A stretch of 63,530 nt of DNA, the filler included. It is 5 parts of 5 records of this genome, joined end to end, with 100 filler letters (N's around TTAATTAATTAA, not from the genome) between each part and the next. Parts side by side here need not be neighbours in the genome. Positions count along the whole stretch, not along the records: positions 1 to 15,568 come from SRR20825019_2470; positions 15,669 to 31,535 come from SRR20825019_2473; 3 more parts are not named here. The stretch is one strand, 5' to 3'. Shown piece after piece: positions 9,670-20,856 of the stretch. The first letter of the stretch is position 1; each line of letters starts with the position of its first letter. The translations under genes and the position numbers were made by a program. Below the pieces are notes generated by a model that made no database searches, was not told the DNA's origin, and saw nothing but the letters and a program-made list of their open reading frames with translations.

Positions 9670-10569
9670 ATGAACCTGCAAAACCTGCGCTACCTTCTTT
9701 CCATAGCCGAAACCGGGTCGATGACCCGTTCGGCAGAGCAGTTGAACATGACCCAGCCGGCACTGAGCCGCGGGCTTGCCGCGCTCGAGGACGAACTGGG
9801 AGCCCAATTATTTGTGAGACTTCCGAAGGCCATGCGGCTCAACGTATTCGGGCGCGTCATGGTGCGCAGGGCGCAAGGTATTTTCCGGCAACTGGAAGAT
9901 GCCCAGCACGAAATCCGGCACCTGCAGGAACATGAGGAGACGGAGCTTTCCGTGGGTTCTGGCCCGATCTGGCTGACCGGTCTGCTGCCGCGCGCGATCA
10001 ACCTGACCACGCGGGATTTGCCCGGCGTCTCGATCAGCGTGATCGGCGGTTTCGAGCGCCAGCTTGCCGAACTGGTCCGGCGCGGACAGGTCGCCTTCAT
10101 CCTCACCGAGCTAACCGACGACCCGGAATTTTCCGATCTCCATTCGGAGCCGCTCGCTTCCGCGCGATACGCCGTGGTCGCGCGCCGGGGGCACCCGCTG
10201 GAGCGGGCGGGAACGCTGGAGCTTCCGGAGCTGCTCGGGTTTCCATGGGTCATGCCCGACAAGGCCGTCAACGCCCAGAAGCGGCTCGACGGGCTGTTTC
10301 AAACCGAGGGCCTGAGCCCGCCCGTCGCCCGAATTCGCTCAACCTCCAACGGTTTCATCACCACCTATCTGGAACAGTCCGACGCCCTCACCTTCGCCGT
10401 CACGCCAATCCTGCGGGGCCATTCCAGCTTAACCGAACTGCCGCTGTCCCGGGCGCTGCCCAAACGGACCACAGGCATCCAGCGCCTGCGCGACGACTGG
10501 CTCAGCCCGGCCGCCGAGAAAATGCTCGATCATTTGCGGAACCTGACGCGACAGGAGGATGAATTCTAG
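9670..10569 (+). CDS. LysR-family transcriptional regulator, divergent from tctC
   Basis: HTH GSMTRSAEQLNMTQPALSRGLAALEDELGAQLFVR; 299 aa. Confidence 0.93.
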   Translation: MNLQNLRYLLSIAETGSMTRSAEQLNMTQPALSRGLAALEDELGAQLFVRLPKAMRLNVFGRVMVRRAQGIFRQLEDAQHEIRHLQEHEETELSVGSGPIWLTGLLPRAINLTTRDLPGVSISVIGGFERQLAELVRRGQVAFILTELTDDPEFSDLHSEPLASARYAVVARRGHPLERAGTLELPELLGFPWVMPDKAVNAQKRLDGLFQTEGLSPPVARIRSTSNGFITTYLEQSDALTFAVTPILRGHSSLTELPLSRALPKRTTGIQRLRDDWLSPAAEKMLDHLRNLTRQEDEF

Positions 10570-10721
10570 CGCATCGGCGACGCTCAAAACGCTCCACAGG
10601 AGGCAATCGCTCCCTTCGCGATCGGGATCGCGGTGTTTCATCTGCTTTCGGTCTGATCACGCAATACCCGGCGGTACAGGAAGGTCCGTTTCGCATCCCA
10701 TGGGGAATCCAACCCAACTGT

Positions 10722-11015
10722 TCAGACTTTGGCGAACGTAAAGTATTTGTGCAAAAAACAGCTCGTGACGGTGGGACTCAAGACGCCGACGACATGAGCG
10801 ACCGTTTCGGCGTACGACACGAAGCCGAAGTGTGGAAACACATAATCTGCAAGACCGACACTGATAAGCCATATCTGCGCAAGAGCCACCATATTGACAA
10901 GGCCGAACCGGATATACTCCCGGCTGACATGCCTGCCGGAACTCTCGAATGCGAACATGCGCATCAACACATAGGCAGTCGTCATGCCGATGCGGTTGAC
11001 GAACAGGGCGACTGG
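10722..11015 (-). pseudogene. GtrA-family membrane protein remnant, N-terminus missing
   Basis: IGMTTAYVLMRMFAF...RFGLVN...HKYFTF is the C-terminal part of GtrA-type proteins; in-frame stop shortly upstream and no first TM helix. Confidence 0.6.
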
Positions 11016-11193
11016 GCATGGCCAAACAGCGGGTGCAATTCAGTCAGCATAGTGTATGTTCCGCTGCGTCGTCACCGGCTGGACTGGTCGCGGATGACGA
11101 CGAAACATGGATTTACCAGTGTCTCGAATTTCACAATGATTGCGGTCGATTTTTCCGGAAAGTCGATTAATCACAAGCAATTAAAGAGAAAAA

Positions 11194-12315
11194 ATGGCGA
11201 AAACGGCTTTGATAACCGGCATTACCGGTCAGGATGGTTCCTATCTGACGGAATTCCTTCTGGAAAAGGGCTATGAGGTTCACGGCATCAAGCGCCGCGC
11301 TTCGTCGTTCAACACGCAGCGCATTGATCACCTCTACGAGGATCCCCAGGCCTCCAATGCGCAGCTTAAATTGCACTATGGCGACCTGTCGGACACCTCG
11401 AACCTGACCCGCATCATCCGCGATACCGAGCCGGACGAGGTCTATAACCTCGGCGCGCAATCGCATGTCGCGGTCTCCTTCGAGGCGCCGGAATATACCG
11501 CCGATGTCGACGCGATCGGCACGCTGCGCCTGCTGGAGGCAATCCGCTTTCTCGGACTGGAGAACAAGACGCGGTTCTACCAGGCGTCCACGTCGGAGCT
11601 TTACGGCCTCGTGCAGGAAACCCCGCAGCGCGAGACGACGCCGTTTTATCCGCGTTCGCCCTATGCCGCCGCCAAGCTCTACGCCTACTGGATCACGGTC
11701 AACTATCGCGAGGCCTACGGCATGTATGCCTGCAACGGTATCCTGTTCAACCATGAGAGCCCGCGCCGCGGCGAAACCTTCGTGACCCGCAAGATCACGC
11801 GCGGCCTTGCCAACATCGCGCTCGGCCTCGAGCCCTGCCTTTATATGGGCAATATCAGCTCTCTGCGCGACTGGGGCCATGCCAAGGATTATATCAGGAT
11901 GCAGTGGATGATGCTGCAGCAGGAAAGCCCGGAGGACTACGTGATCGCCACCGGTAAGCAGTATTCCGTGCGCGACTTCATCACCTGGGCGGCATCCGAT
12001 CTCGGCATCACACTCGCCTTTTCGGGCTCCGGCGTCGAAGAAGTCGGCACGGTGGAAGCCGTGATCGGCGATCTGGCGCCCAATGTGAAACCGGGCGATG
12101 TAATCGTGAAGATCGATCCGCGTTACTTCCGCCCCGCCGAAGTCGACACGCTGCTCGGCGATCCGACCAAGGCGAAAGAAAAGCTCGGCTGGGTGCCGGA
12201 GATCAGCGCGCGCGACATGTGCCGGGAAATGGTGGTCGAGGATCACAAGGCCGCGCGGCGCCATGCGCTGCTGAAGGCGCACGGCCTCGACCTACCGGTA
12301 AGCCTCGAAGGCTGA
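11194..12315 (+). CDS. gmd: GDP-mannose 4,6-dehydratase
   Basis: [55 protein letters not shown]. Confidence 0.98.
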   Translation: MAKTALITGITGQDGSYLTEFLLEKGYEVHGIKRRASSFNTQRIDHLYEDPQASNAQLKLHYGDLSDTSNLTRIIRDTEPDEVYNLGAQSHVAVSFEAPEYTADVDAIGTLRLLEAIRFLGLENKTRFYQASTSELYGLVQETPQRETTPFYPRSPYAAAKLYAYWITVNYREAYGMYACNGILFNHESPRRGETFVTRKITRGLANIALGLEPCLYMGNISSLRDWGHAKDYIRMQWMMLQQESPEDYVIATGKQYSVRDFITWAASDLGITLAFSGSGVEEVGTVEAVIGDLAPNVKPGDVIVKIDPRYFRPAEVDTLLGDPTKAKEKLGWVPEISARDMCREMVVEDHKAARRHALLKAHGLDLPVSLEG

Positions 12316-12453
12316 ACGCGCGTCCCGGAACATCACGCGATCAATCGGTATCGCCCGATGTTATGGATTTTTTGTTTTGGCGCGTCGGGTTGACGACAAA
12401 CCGGATTCCACCCTTTCGCCCGACGCCCCAATTTCGAAACGGAAGAGAGTTTC

Positions 12454-13407
12454 ATGGCCTTCGATATCGCGGGAAAGACAGTCTGGGTTGCCGGCCATCG
12501 CGGCATGGTGGGTTCCGCCATTGTCCGCCGTCTGGAGCGCGAAAACTGCGAGGTGATCACCGCCGGGCGCGACACGGTCGACCTGAAGCGGCAAGCCGAG
12601 GTCGAGGCCTTTGTCCGCGACGCCAAACCCGATGCGGTGGTGATGGCAGCGGCAAAAGTCGGCGGGATTCTCGCCAACGACACCTATCCGGCTGATTTTC
12701 TCTACGACAACCTTATGATCGAGGCGAACATTTTCGAGGCCGCTCATCAGAGCGGCGTCGACCGTTTCCTGTTCCTCGGCTCATCCTGCATCTACCCGAA
12801 ACTGGCCGAGCAGCCGATCCGCGAGAGCGCGCTTCTGACCGGTCCGCTGGAGCCGACCAATGAATGGTATGCGATCGCCAAGATTGCCGGCATCAAGCTC
12901 GCCCAGGCCTATCGCAAGCAGTTCGGTCATGACTACATCTCGGCGATGCCGACAAATCTCTATGGCCCGGGCGACAACTACGACCTGAATTCGAGCCATG
13001 TGATGCCGGCGCTGATCCGCAAGGCCCATGAGGCCAAGGCTTCCGGCGCGAAGGAAGTGGTGGTGTGGGGCACCGGCACGCCGCTGCGCGAGTTCCTCCA
13101 TGCCGATGATTGCGCCGATGCGCTGGTCTTCCTATTGAAGAATTACTCCGGCGACGAGCACGTCAATGTCGGCTCCGGCACGGATATCTCGATCCTGGAC
13201 CTCACAAAGCTGGTCTGCAAGGTGGTCGGCTTCGAGGGCGAAATCGTCCATGACCTGTCAAAGCCGGACGGCACTCCACGCAAGCTGATGAGCGCCGACA
13301 CGCTCAGCGCCATGGGCTGGACGCCGAAGATCGACCTCGAAGACGGTATCCGCGATGCTTATGACGCCTTTCTCGCGGGGGATTTTTCCGCGCGCGCGCT
13401 CGGATAG
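12454..13407 (+). CDS. fcl: GDP-L-fucose synthase
   Basis: VAGHRGMVGSA, AAAKVGGI, LGSSCIYPK, LEPTNEWYAIAK, MPTNLYGP, KPDGTPRK. Confidence 0.97.
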   Translation: MAFDIAGKTVWVAGHRGMVGSAIVRRLERENCEVITAGRDTVDLKRQAEVEAFVRDAKPDAVVMAAAKVGGILANDTYPADFLYDNLMIEANIFEAAHQSGVDRFLFLGSSCIYPKLAEQPIRESALLTGPLEPTNEWYAIAKIAGIKLAQAYRKQFGHDYISAMPTNLYGPGDNYDLNSSHVMPALIRKAHEAKASGAKEVVVWGTGTPLREFLHADDCADALVFLLKNYSGDEHVNVGSGTDISILDLTKLVCKVVGFEGEIVHDLSKPDGTPRKLMSADTLSAMGWTPKIDLEDGIRDAYDAFLAGDFSARALG

Positions 13408-13449
13408 GAAACGCCGCCCGCCAGTGCAATGCGCTCCCTGTGTTCGCAC

Positions 13450-15231
13450 TCACATCGGGAAAAAGAGGCTGATGGCGAAAACGGACGTGAAGCCGACGAT
13501 GATATTCATCGGAATGCCCATCTTGAGGAAATCGCTGAACCGGTAATTGCCGGCTCCATAAACGAGCGTATTCGTCTGGTAGCCGATCGGCGTCGCGAAG
13601 CTTGCGCTGGCGGAAAACATGACGGCGACGACAAAGGGGCGCGGATCAAGACCGAGTTGGTTGGCGAGCGTTATCACGATCGGCGTGTAGACCACCGCAA
13701 CAGCGTTGTTGGTGACGGTTTCCGTCAGAATCGATCCGACGAAATAGACGGCCAGCAGCATGAGCACGGGCGAAAGGTTTTCCAACCACGGCTTCAGCAT
13801 ATTGACGACCAGTTCGACGGCGCCGCTGTTCTCCAGCCCGGAACCGACGATCAGCATGGCGAAAATCAGAACCAGAATCGATCCGTCGATGGTCCGCCAT
13901 GCCTCGTCACTGTCGATGCAGCGAAGCGCGAGAATAACCGCGACGCCCAGAAGCGCAAGGATGCCGATGGGCATGACGTTGAAAGCGGCAAGCGTGACGA
14001 TGCCGACCAGGGTCAGGACAGCGATCGGGGCCTGGCGTCGCCGATAGGCGCGGCCGCCAGGTTCGGTGACAGACACGACATCGCCGACCCTCGAAAGATC
14101 GCTGAACCCTTCGGCGGTGCCTTCGAGAAGCAGCTTGTCGGCCGGACGCAACTGAACATTGGGCAAGTCCGGCCCGGCCACATGACTGGCGCGGTAGGCG
14201 CCGAGGACGCGCATGCCGAGGCGCCTTCCAAGCGCCAGATCCGCGATCCTGGCGCCGGAGCTTCTGCGTGACGGGGATACAATGACCTCGGCCACGCGCA
14301 ATTCGGCATCAGGTTCCAGAACGAACGATCGCCGCAAGCCGACCTGCAACTCCGATTGCTCTTCAAAGGTCAGGAGTTCGGAGGTCGGCGCAATGATTAT
14401 CACCGCATCTCCCTGCTGGAGGACGTATTCGGGCAATCCGCTTCTTTCGATCGTGGTCCCGCGCCTGATGCCTGTGACGCGGATACCGGAGCGCTGAAAA
14501 TCGTTGACGTCGGAAAGCGCTTTGCCGATGCCGGCATAGTCGGACAGAATGGTGATCTCGGACAGAAAGGGGGTCTCTTCATTGTCGACGTTCTGGTCGG
14601 AATCCCGGTGCGGCAGCAGGAATTTTCCGAGCACGAAAACCGAGACGCCGCCCACCACCGCCGAAATGATGCCGACCGGCGCGATCTCGAAAATGGAAAA
14701 CGGTTCGAGACCGTTCTGCTGCGCGACCCCGGCCACCAGAAGATTGGTAGACGTACCGATCAATGTGCAGGTCCCGCCGAGAATTGCCGTGTAGGAAAGC
14801 GGTATCAGCAAACGGGTGGGCGCCATGCTCAGGCTGGCCGCAAGGCGCACCACGACCGGAATAAGCACGAGAACAACCGGCGTGCTGTTCATGAAAGCGG
14901 ACGCCGATGCCGCGACGACGATGAAGATCGCTATCGCAAGGACCGGACGGGATTTGGCCTTTTCCACGATGAAGCCGGCGAGTGCATCCAGCACCCCCGT
15001 CCGCAGCAGAGCGCCGGAAACCACGAACATAGCGCCGATCGTGATTGGCGCGGAGCTGGAAAATACCGCCATCACATCATCCGTAGGCACAAGTCCCAGG
15101 ACAATGAACAGCGCAGCACCGATAACCGCAGTAATGTCCGGTGGATATTTTTCGATGGTGAAGGCGACGAAGAGAAGCGCGAGAAGCACCAGTGCCACGA
15201 TCGCTGGAGAAACGCCGACGAACTCGATCAT
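13450..15231 (-). CDS. SLC13/CitMHS-family permease with central TrkA-C domains
   Basis: SAFMNSTPVV, GGTCTLIGTSTNL, TETVTNNA, FATPIGYQTN, GNYRFSDF. Confidence 0.9.
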   Translation of the reverse strand: MIEFVGVSPAIVALVLLALLFVAFTIEKYPPDITAVIGAALFIVLGLVPTDDVMAVFSSSAPITIGAMFVVSGALLRTGVLDALAGFIVEKAKSRPVLAIAIFIVVAASASAFMNSTPVVLVLIPVVVRLAASLSMAPTRLLIPLSYTAILGGTCTLIGTSTNLLVAGVAQQNGLEPFSIFEIAPVGIISAVVGGVSVFVLGKFLLPHRDSDQNVDNEETPFLSEITILSDYAGIGKALSDVNDFQRSGIRVTGIRRGTTIERSGLPEYVLQQGDAVIIIAPTSELLTFEEQSELQVGLRRSFVLEPDAELRVAEVIVSPSRRSSGARIADLALGRRLGMRVLGAYRASHVAGPDLPNVQLRPADKLLLEGTAEGFSDLSRVGDVVSVTEPGGRAYRRRQAPIAVLTLVGIVTLAAFNVMPIGILALLGVAVILALRCIDSDEAWRTIDGSILVLIFAMLIVGSGLENSGAVELVVNMLKPWLENLSPVLMLLAVYFVGSILTETVTNNAVAVVYTPIVITLANQLGLDPRPFVVAVMFSASASFATPIGYQTNTLVYGAGNYRFSDFLKMGIPMNIIVGFTSVFAISLFFPM

Positions 15232-15520
15232 GATTTTCCGTTCTGCTGTCCGGCATGAGCGCAAATGCCGATATTCATGTCATCGTCTCCCAGGTTACGA
15301 CGAACTCAGAAGCGAGCAAACCACCCGATGCGCTTTCCGTGGCGCATTTTGCGGTTGCCTGCCGGCATGCTGCATACGCGCGTCACAGGATCGTGGCCCG
15401 ACGGGGTAGCATGGCTTCTGTACGGGTTGGGACTGCGTGACATCTCGCAAAATAAAGTCACAAAAACGCTCGCAGGAAAAGTGATAACGTCCTGCAGCCC
15501 AATGATTTAATTGAGGAAAA

Positions 15521-15568
15521 TGGTGGGTGATGTAGGGTTCGAACCTACGACCCGCTGATTAAGAGTCA
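15521..15568 (-). tRNA. tRNA-Lys(CTT), 3' part, cut by the contig end
   Basis: Reverse complement TGACTCTTAATCAGCGGGTCGTAGGTTCGAACCCTACATCACCCACCA: anticodon CTT, GGTTCGA T-loop, CCA end. Confidence 0.92.
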
Positions 15569-15668
15569 NNNNNNNNNNNNNNNNNNNNNNNNNNNNNNNN
15601 NNNNNNNNNNNNTTAATTAATTAANNNNNNNNNNNNNNNNNNNNNNNNNNNNNNNNNNNNNNNNNNNN
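15569..15668. other. Artificial contig spacer
   Basis: N44-TTAATTAATTAA-N44 (stops in all six frames). Confidence 0.98.
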
Positions 15669-16711
15669 AAGGGGGAAGGTATCGTACCGATTTTCACCCG
15701 CCGCCGTGGCGGGGGCGCGGCCGGGCGGGCCGGCCGGGGCCGGCGGCGGCCGCCGCCGCGCCCGCCTCGGCGCCGCGCGGCCGCGCCGGCCCGCGCCGGC
15801 GCGCAGCCGTCCCCGGGCAGCCGTGGCGGAAGGCTTCGCCGGTCCCGCCCCCGCAGGAGGAGGGCGGCTGGGTGCCCGGCCTGGGCCACTGGCATGCACC
15901 ACGGGAGGCTCTACCCGGCTGCTCAAGTGGGCCAGCCACACGGCCACGGTGACCGGGCTGTCTTATCTGCCGGTAGGAGTCCGACCGCCTTTCTCAACGC
16001 GAACTGCCGCCGTTCGGGCCGGCCGGTGTCACTGGCACCATTGGCACTCCCAGTCTCACTGACTGCCTTACTAAGCGCCGCACTACTGAGCCTTGTTGTA
16101 GGGGGGCGGAGGAGGTCTGGTCAGTACCGGTCCCGCGAACGACTCCGAACCAATACATCATTGACACCGGTTATGGGTTCGACTTCGCGTTGTCCCGACT
16201 GATCGTTGAACCAACCAACCGGCCCGCGAGCGGCGCCGCCCGGGGCCCGGCCGCGCGTCTGGGGCCGCCCCCGACTGCCAGTCAACCCGGAACGGCCCTG
16301 GAACGACACTGACACTTGAGGCATGCCACTCCGAACGGCGGTGTCGGCAGACTCACCAGGGCTCGCTTGAGCCGGCCCGACCGGGCCCGACCACGGCAGA
16401 GCAACGCGGACCCGACAGGTGACCAGACGCCCGCGGGCAGTTTCGAACCAACAAATTGCTGACCGGACCGCTGCCCCACTCGTCACACGGCCACATGAGA
16501 TCTCTACTGGAGGGAGTCAGCACTATGTGCGGGTGGCGGCGATGGGTAAAAGCTGCCAGCTGACTGGGAGCGACGCGACAGGCCCAAAGGCAATGTGGCG
16601 GCAAGTGGGCCATCCTCCTCCCTCGACGCACACTGCGCAACCCTTCTTCCGCTCCATATAAACCAGGAATGGACGGAGAGAAACTATGTTACGCTTAACT
16701 CCGCTCAATTC

Positions 16712-18040
16712 ATGGCTCACAAGGCCATACGCAGACTGAGAACGGTCTCATCCTCCACAGAGAAAAGACTAAATGACTGTGGTATCCGCACCCTAAAGGT
16801 TTGGGCGTACCTTGGCGTTGTCGAGTGAGCACTGACAGTGCGTTGTGCAGGACCTGTTACGCTACAACGAGTTCGAACTCCTTGGGATGGTGAATCTTCC
16901 TCCGGAGGAGTTATCGTGGTGTGTCAAGGCGGCTTCCAAAGTAGCTGCCCCAAAGCCAAGAACCGTATGGCCGCCTACCCACCCCCACGCGGACACTATG
17001 CTGACGCCCCTCTAGGCCCTTGAGTTATCGAAGCAGAGTCAACCCACCGTGTCAACAAGGATCGCGGAGCTAGACAGAGCGCTGCATGGAGGTATCCCAA
17101 GCGGGTCGATCACCGAGGTCGTGGGACCAGCAGGGGCAGGGAAAACCCAGTTCTGCATGACACTCACCTGCAACTCGGTTCTGGACTCTGAAGATGGGTC
17201 GGCCATCTATATTGACACAGAGGGCTCTTTCAGTCCACAGCGGTGCTTGCAGATGTTGACAGCAATGGTGGAGAGGGCGGACGGATCTGCCAATGACGAC
17301 CGTATCATTAAGAAGATGGCCGCAGTGCACTATTATCGCGTGGAGTCTTCGGAGGAGCTGGTGCGAAAGCTGGAGAATCTGGAGAGCGTAATCATTGACA
17401 ACAACGTGAGGCTGCTGGTGGTAGACTCAGTAGCCACACACGTGCGCCGGGAGTTTGATAGGTCAATGTTGTTGAGGAGACAGGTGTGTTGGTACATGTT
17501 TGCCAAGTGCAGCTCGGCGCTGACGTGATAAATTTGATAGGAGTTGTTGACATCGGTGGCGTCCAACCTCAAGTATCTCACGGAGACGTTTCAAATCCCA
17601 TGCGTAGTCACCAACCAGGTCACGTCTGCAGGATTCGGGGAGGGAGGTAAGGTCCATGTTTATAAATATTGTACAGGGTGCCTTAATCAAGTCACCCAGC
17701 CGAAGGATTTGTCACTGCTGCCTTGGGTAATACTTGGTCCCACTGTGTCAACAATCGCATCGCCTTGGAATGCAGATCCATATGTCGCCTGGCCACATTG
17801 GCAAAGAGCCCTATCGCCCAAGTGTGCTCGTACCGATACAAGATCACGAATGCCGGTGTGGAGGAAGATCTTCAGGGTGGGACAGCCATCGTCGAGCAGG
17901 AGCACAACTTCTGGTCCAGTCGGCTCCGAGAACACATCGAAGCAGTCGAAGAGGAGGAGGCCGCAGGGAATGCAAATGACGAGGACCGATGCAACGACAT
18001 CATTCCAGCTATGGGCAGCCAGTTGGTCGTACCCAACTAG
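16712..18040 (+). CDS. RAD51B: DNA repair recombinase paralog RAD51B, 5 exons, ~371 aa
   Basis: GT-AG introns 16799-16850, 16965-17015, 17484-17540, 17647-17699 join one frame; LDRALHGG, Walker A GPAGAGKT, Walker B LLVVDS, VVTNQV, AALGNTWSHCVN, AKSP. Confidence 0.85.
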
Positions 18041-18054
18041 GTGCAGCGTCGTCG

Positions 18055-20856
18055 TCAAATGTACCCATCGGATGCTCCGGGCGGCGGTGCAGGTGTGGCA
18101 TAGGTGTCCACTTGTTTGTTGTCCTCCTTCACAAGTAGCTTCACCCCGTGTCTCATCTTCCTCCTGAACTCTTCCTGGCCCATCTTGGATGCCTTCTCGC
18201 CATCTACCCCGCAGGTCTCTAACATTCGTTTCCACGAAGGCCCTTGGTCGATGCTTTTGTTTTGACCGCGTTCCGTCGATCTCATCAAGTGTTCGCACGG
18301 GTCTTGTGGGTTGTGGACATGGGCCAGCGAGATCATTCGGTAGGTTCCACTGCTAAGTGAAAACCCTTGCTTCGTCCAAAATCCGTACTCTGTATGTGTG
18401 CTATTGAGAAGGGCATCTCCACTTTGGTTTTCAGTAGGGGCGGATGGACACTCGTCTGGGGAGGCGTTGTCGGCGCTGACAGGTGCAATCGAAAGGCCCG
18501 ACGCAACGTCCACAGCGACTCTAAGAATTCCTTCCGGTGGCTTTTGTCCGTCAATAACTTGGAAAGGCGAGCCATCAGCAGTTCGGAATTGCGCTTGTGG
18601 TATCGCAAACAGGAACGCTCGTGCGGGTTCGTTCCGTTCGGAAGGCACCCATTTCATGTCGATCCAGAGGGCCCCCCTTTCTGACGCCGACTTGGCCAGC
18701 CTCCGCATCATTGCATGCTCCACCCCTCGGTGAAGCACTCTGCAGCTCATAAGAAAGTGAGCCACTACCATGGCATCCGCACCATGTGAAGTCTGCGGTT
18801 CTGTGACTAGGAGGCCTACATGACCATAGTGTCCGAATCGATCAGTAACTGACACCGTAAATATTTCGCCTCCACCTTCTTGGATGGCGCGTAGCTCACT
18901 CTCAGAGTAAACGTGCTTGTTAGAATTGAATTGATTCGTCCTCTGGGTCAACTGCGCCGACCTAGCCAGTGTAGAATGGTTCATCGGCGAAATATCGATG
19001 CATAGGTTGATGCTTGCCAAAAAGGCATCGAAAGAAGCAGATCCATCCAACATCCGCTGTCTCTCTGCGTTGGCTTTGTACATTTCGGTCCTTGTTAAGT
19101 CCTCCTTGGTCGGTGCATGTTTGCCCAGTTCCCTATCAAATACCCAGTGGCTTTCCAGAAAACGCCCGAACACGATTGGTTGTTCTGGGAGCTGAATGAC
19201 TGTTACCATGGGCAACACACCTGCCACCTCAGCACACTCGACAGGATTATCATCAATGAAAACGAAAGAATCCAGCCCTAAATTCAGCTCTTTCGACATC
19301 GCCTTGATGCTCTTGGATTTCTGGTCCCAATTAATGCGATAGGTTACTATATGCCTCATCTTCAAAACCATGTCCCCGACCCTCTCCTCAAATACATTCA
19401 ATACATCGCTTTAGAGCACATCAGCACATTGCAGGAGAAACGTTTACACACATCATACCGTTCAATATTGCGAGATGAAAGGCAAACCAGCATCCCGAGA
19501 TCAACCTGTGCTGCGAGAAACCTTTGTAGATCCGTAAATCCTCTACTGATGTCTATTCCTTGAACTCCGAGCTCGCCCACTGCACCTTTCCAGAGAGTGT
19601 TATCACAATCCACCACGATAACCTTCTTAGGATTAGGTCGAACGCGGTGGGCCATTCGCAGCGTGAACAGCGCCATGCTTGCCAAAAATTTCGATGTGTA
19701 CGGGCTGTGTGCCATTCGATTGGCCTTCTCGTCATGAATGCTATGCAAGGTGCGCCCCGACAATAAACTGCAGGATGGGATGGGATACACATTCGTCATC
19801 CCAGACAGTTGGGAACACAACTGCGATTCAAAGTGAGAATGAAGCCTCTTCACAAGGCTACAATCCGCAAATATTGGAGATGGTGGGCAGACCACGACGA
19901 TGTGAGGGCTTGACGCAAATGACGAGGCCGCGGCCGCGGCGTGTACTACACGATTGAGTGCATCAAGCATAATGTTATGATCGAATTTGGCTGCAAGTAC
20001 AGGATTTTTCAGGATCCACAAAGCGGGAGTCACATCTGAACTTACCAATACCATCCATTCCAGGCGAGTACATGACCTCAGGGTGAGGGTATATAAGATC
20101 TTCTAACCGGATGAAACTGAATGAGCAGTCACCCTTCCCGCCCGGAGTCGTGTTCTCCAATGAGCCTAACACCGCACCATAAGGCTGCCATACAGCCACA
20201 CATGGCATGCCCATCAGGGTGCAGAGCTTGTCAAAGGGGCCCTGCATGTCCTCCGCAAAGGAGCACGATATGTGTATTTCGATATCCGCTAAGGATTCTG
20301 AAGAACCGCCAGGCTGCAAAGACTTCGGCTCAAACAAGGTAGACACCCTTGACATCAAAATTTCATTTCTATTTTCGAGTTCGACGAAACTGCAGCATTC
20401 CTCAAACCTGTAGCCGCGAACTGCTTCGAGGGGCTCCGCCTTCGCGAAACCAACTTGTGGCTCCACACTTTCGAGCCACTTTTCAGAAGCCTTTTTCCGA
20501 GCTGAAAGAGCTTCTGCCACCGCCTCTTTCTCCAGGCTCGATGCACTTGGAGTGGGCACCGGTGCAGGGGCACGAACTATTCCAGTTGCCCGAAACACGC
20601 GACCAGCATGCGTACTGGCCACATCAACGTTCTCATTCAAATGAAAATAAACCCAGTCGCCCTTGTTGATACTACTAGGGCAGAACTGCACCTCACCTGC
20701 TTCGAAGCGTATGTTCTGTCCCCCATTCTTTGCAACTATTGTTGTATCACAAGGCGAAATAAAGCCCCAACCTTTCTTGGAAACCCATTTTTGGACCTTG
20801 CCCAACTCGGAACCAGCGCCCCCTTCATCACTTGAACCGTCTTTAGACCTGTCCAT
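18055..20856 (-). CDS. FkbH-family HAD-IIIC/GNAT-like protein with N-terminal cold-shock-like domain, 3 exons, ~898 aa
   Basis: Introns 20045-19991 and 19458-19409 fuse three ORFs; KVIVVDCDNTLWKG, RINWDQKS, FIDDNPVEC, QRTNQFN, DRFGHYG, FLMSCRVLHRGVE; N-terminal GKVQKW..KKGWGFI. Confidence 0.85.

Noticed and set aside
12378-12431. Imperfect inverted repeat between gmd and fcl (cgtcggg...cccgacg)
   Set aside because: Single short stem with a large loop and no second copy; cannot support an RNA element or MITE
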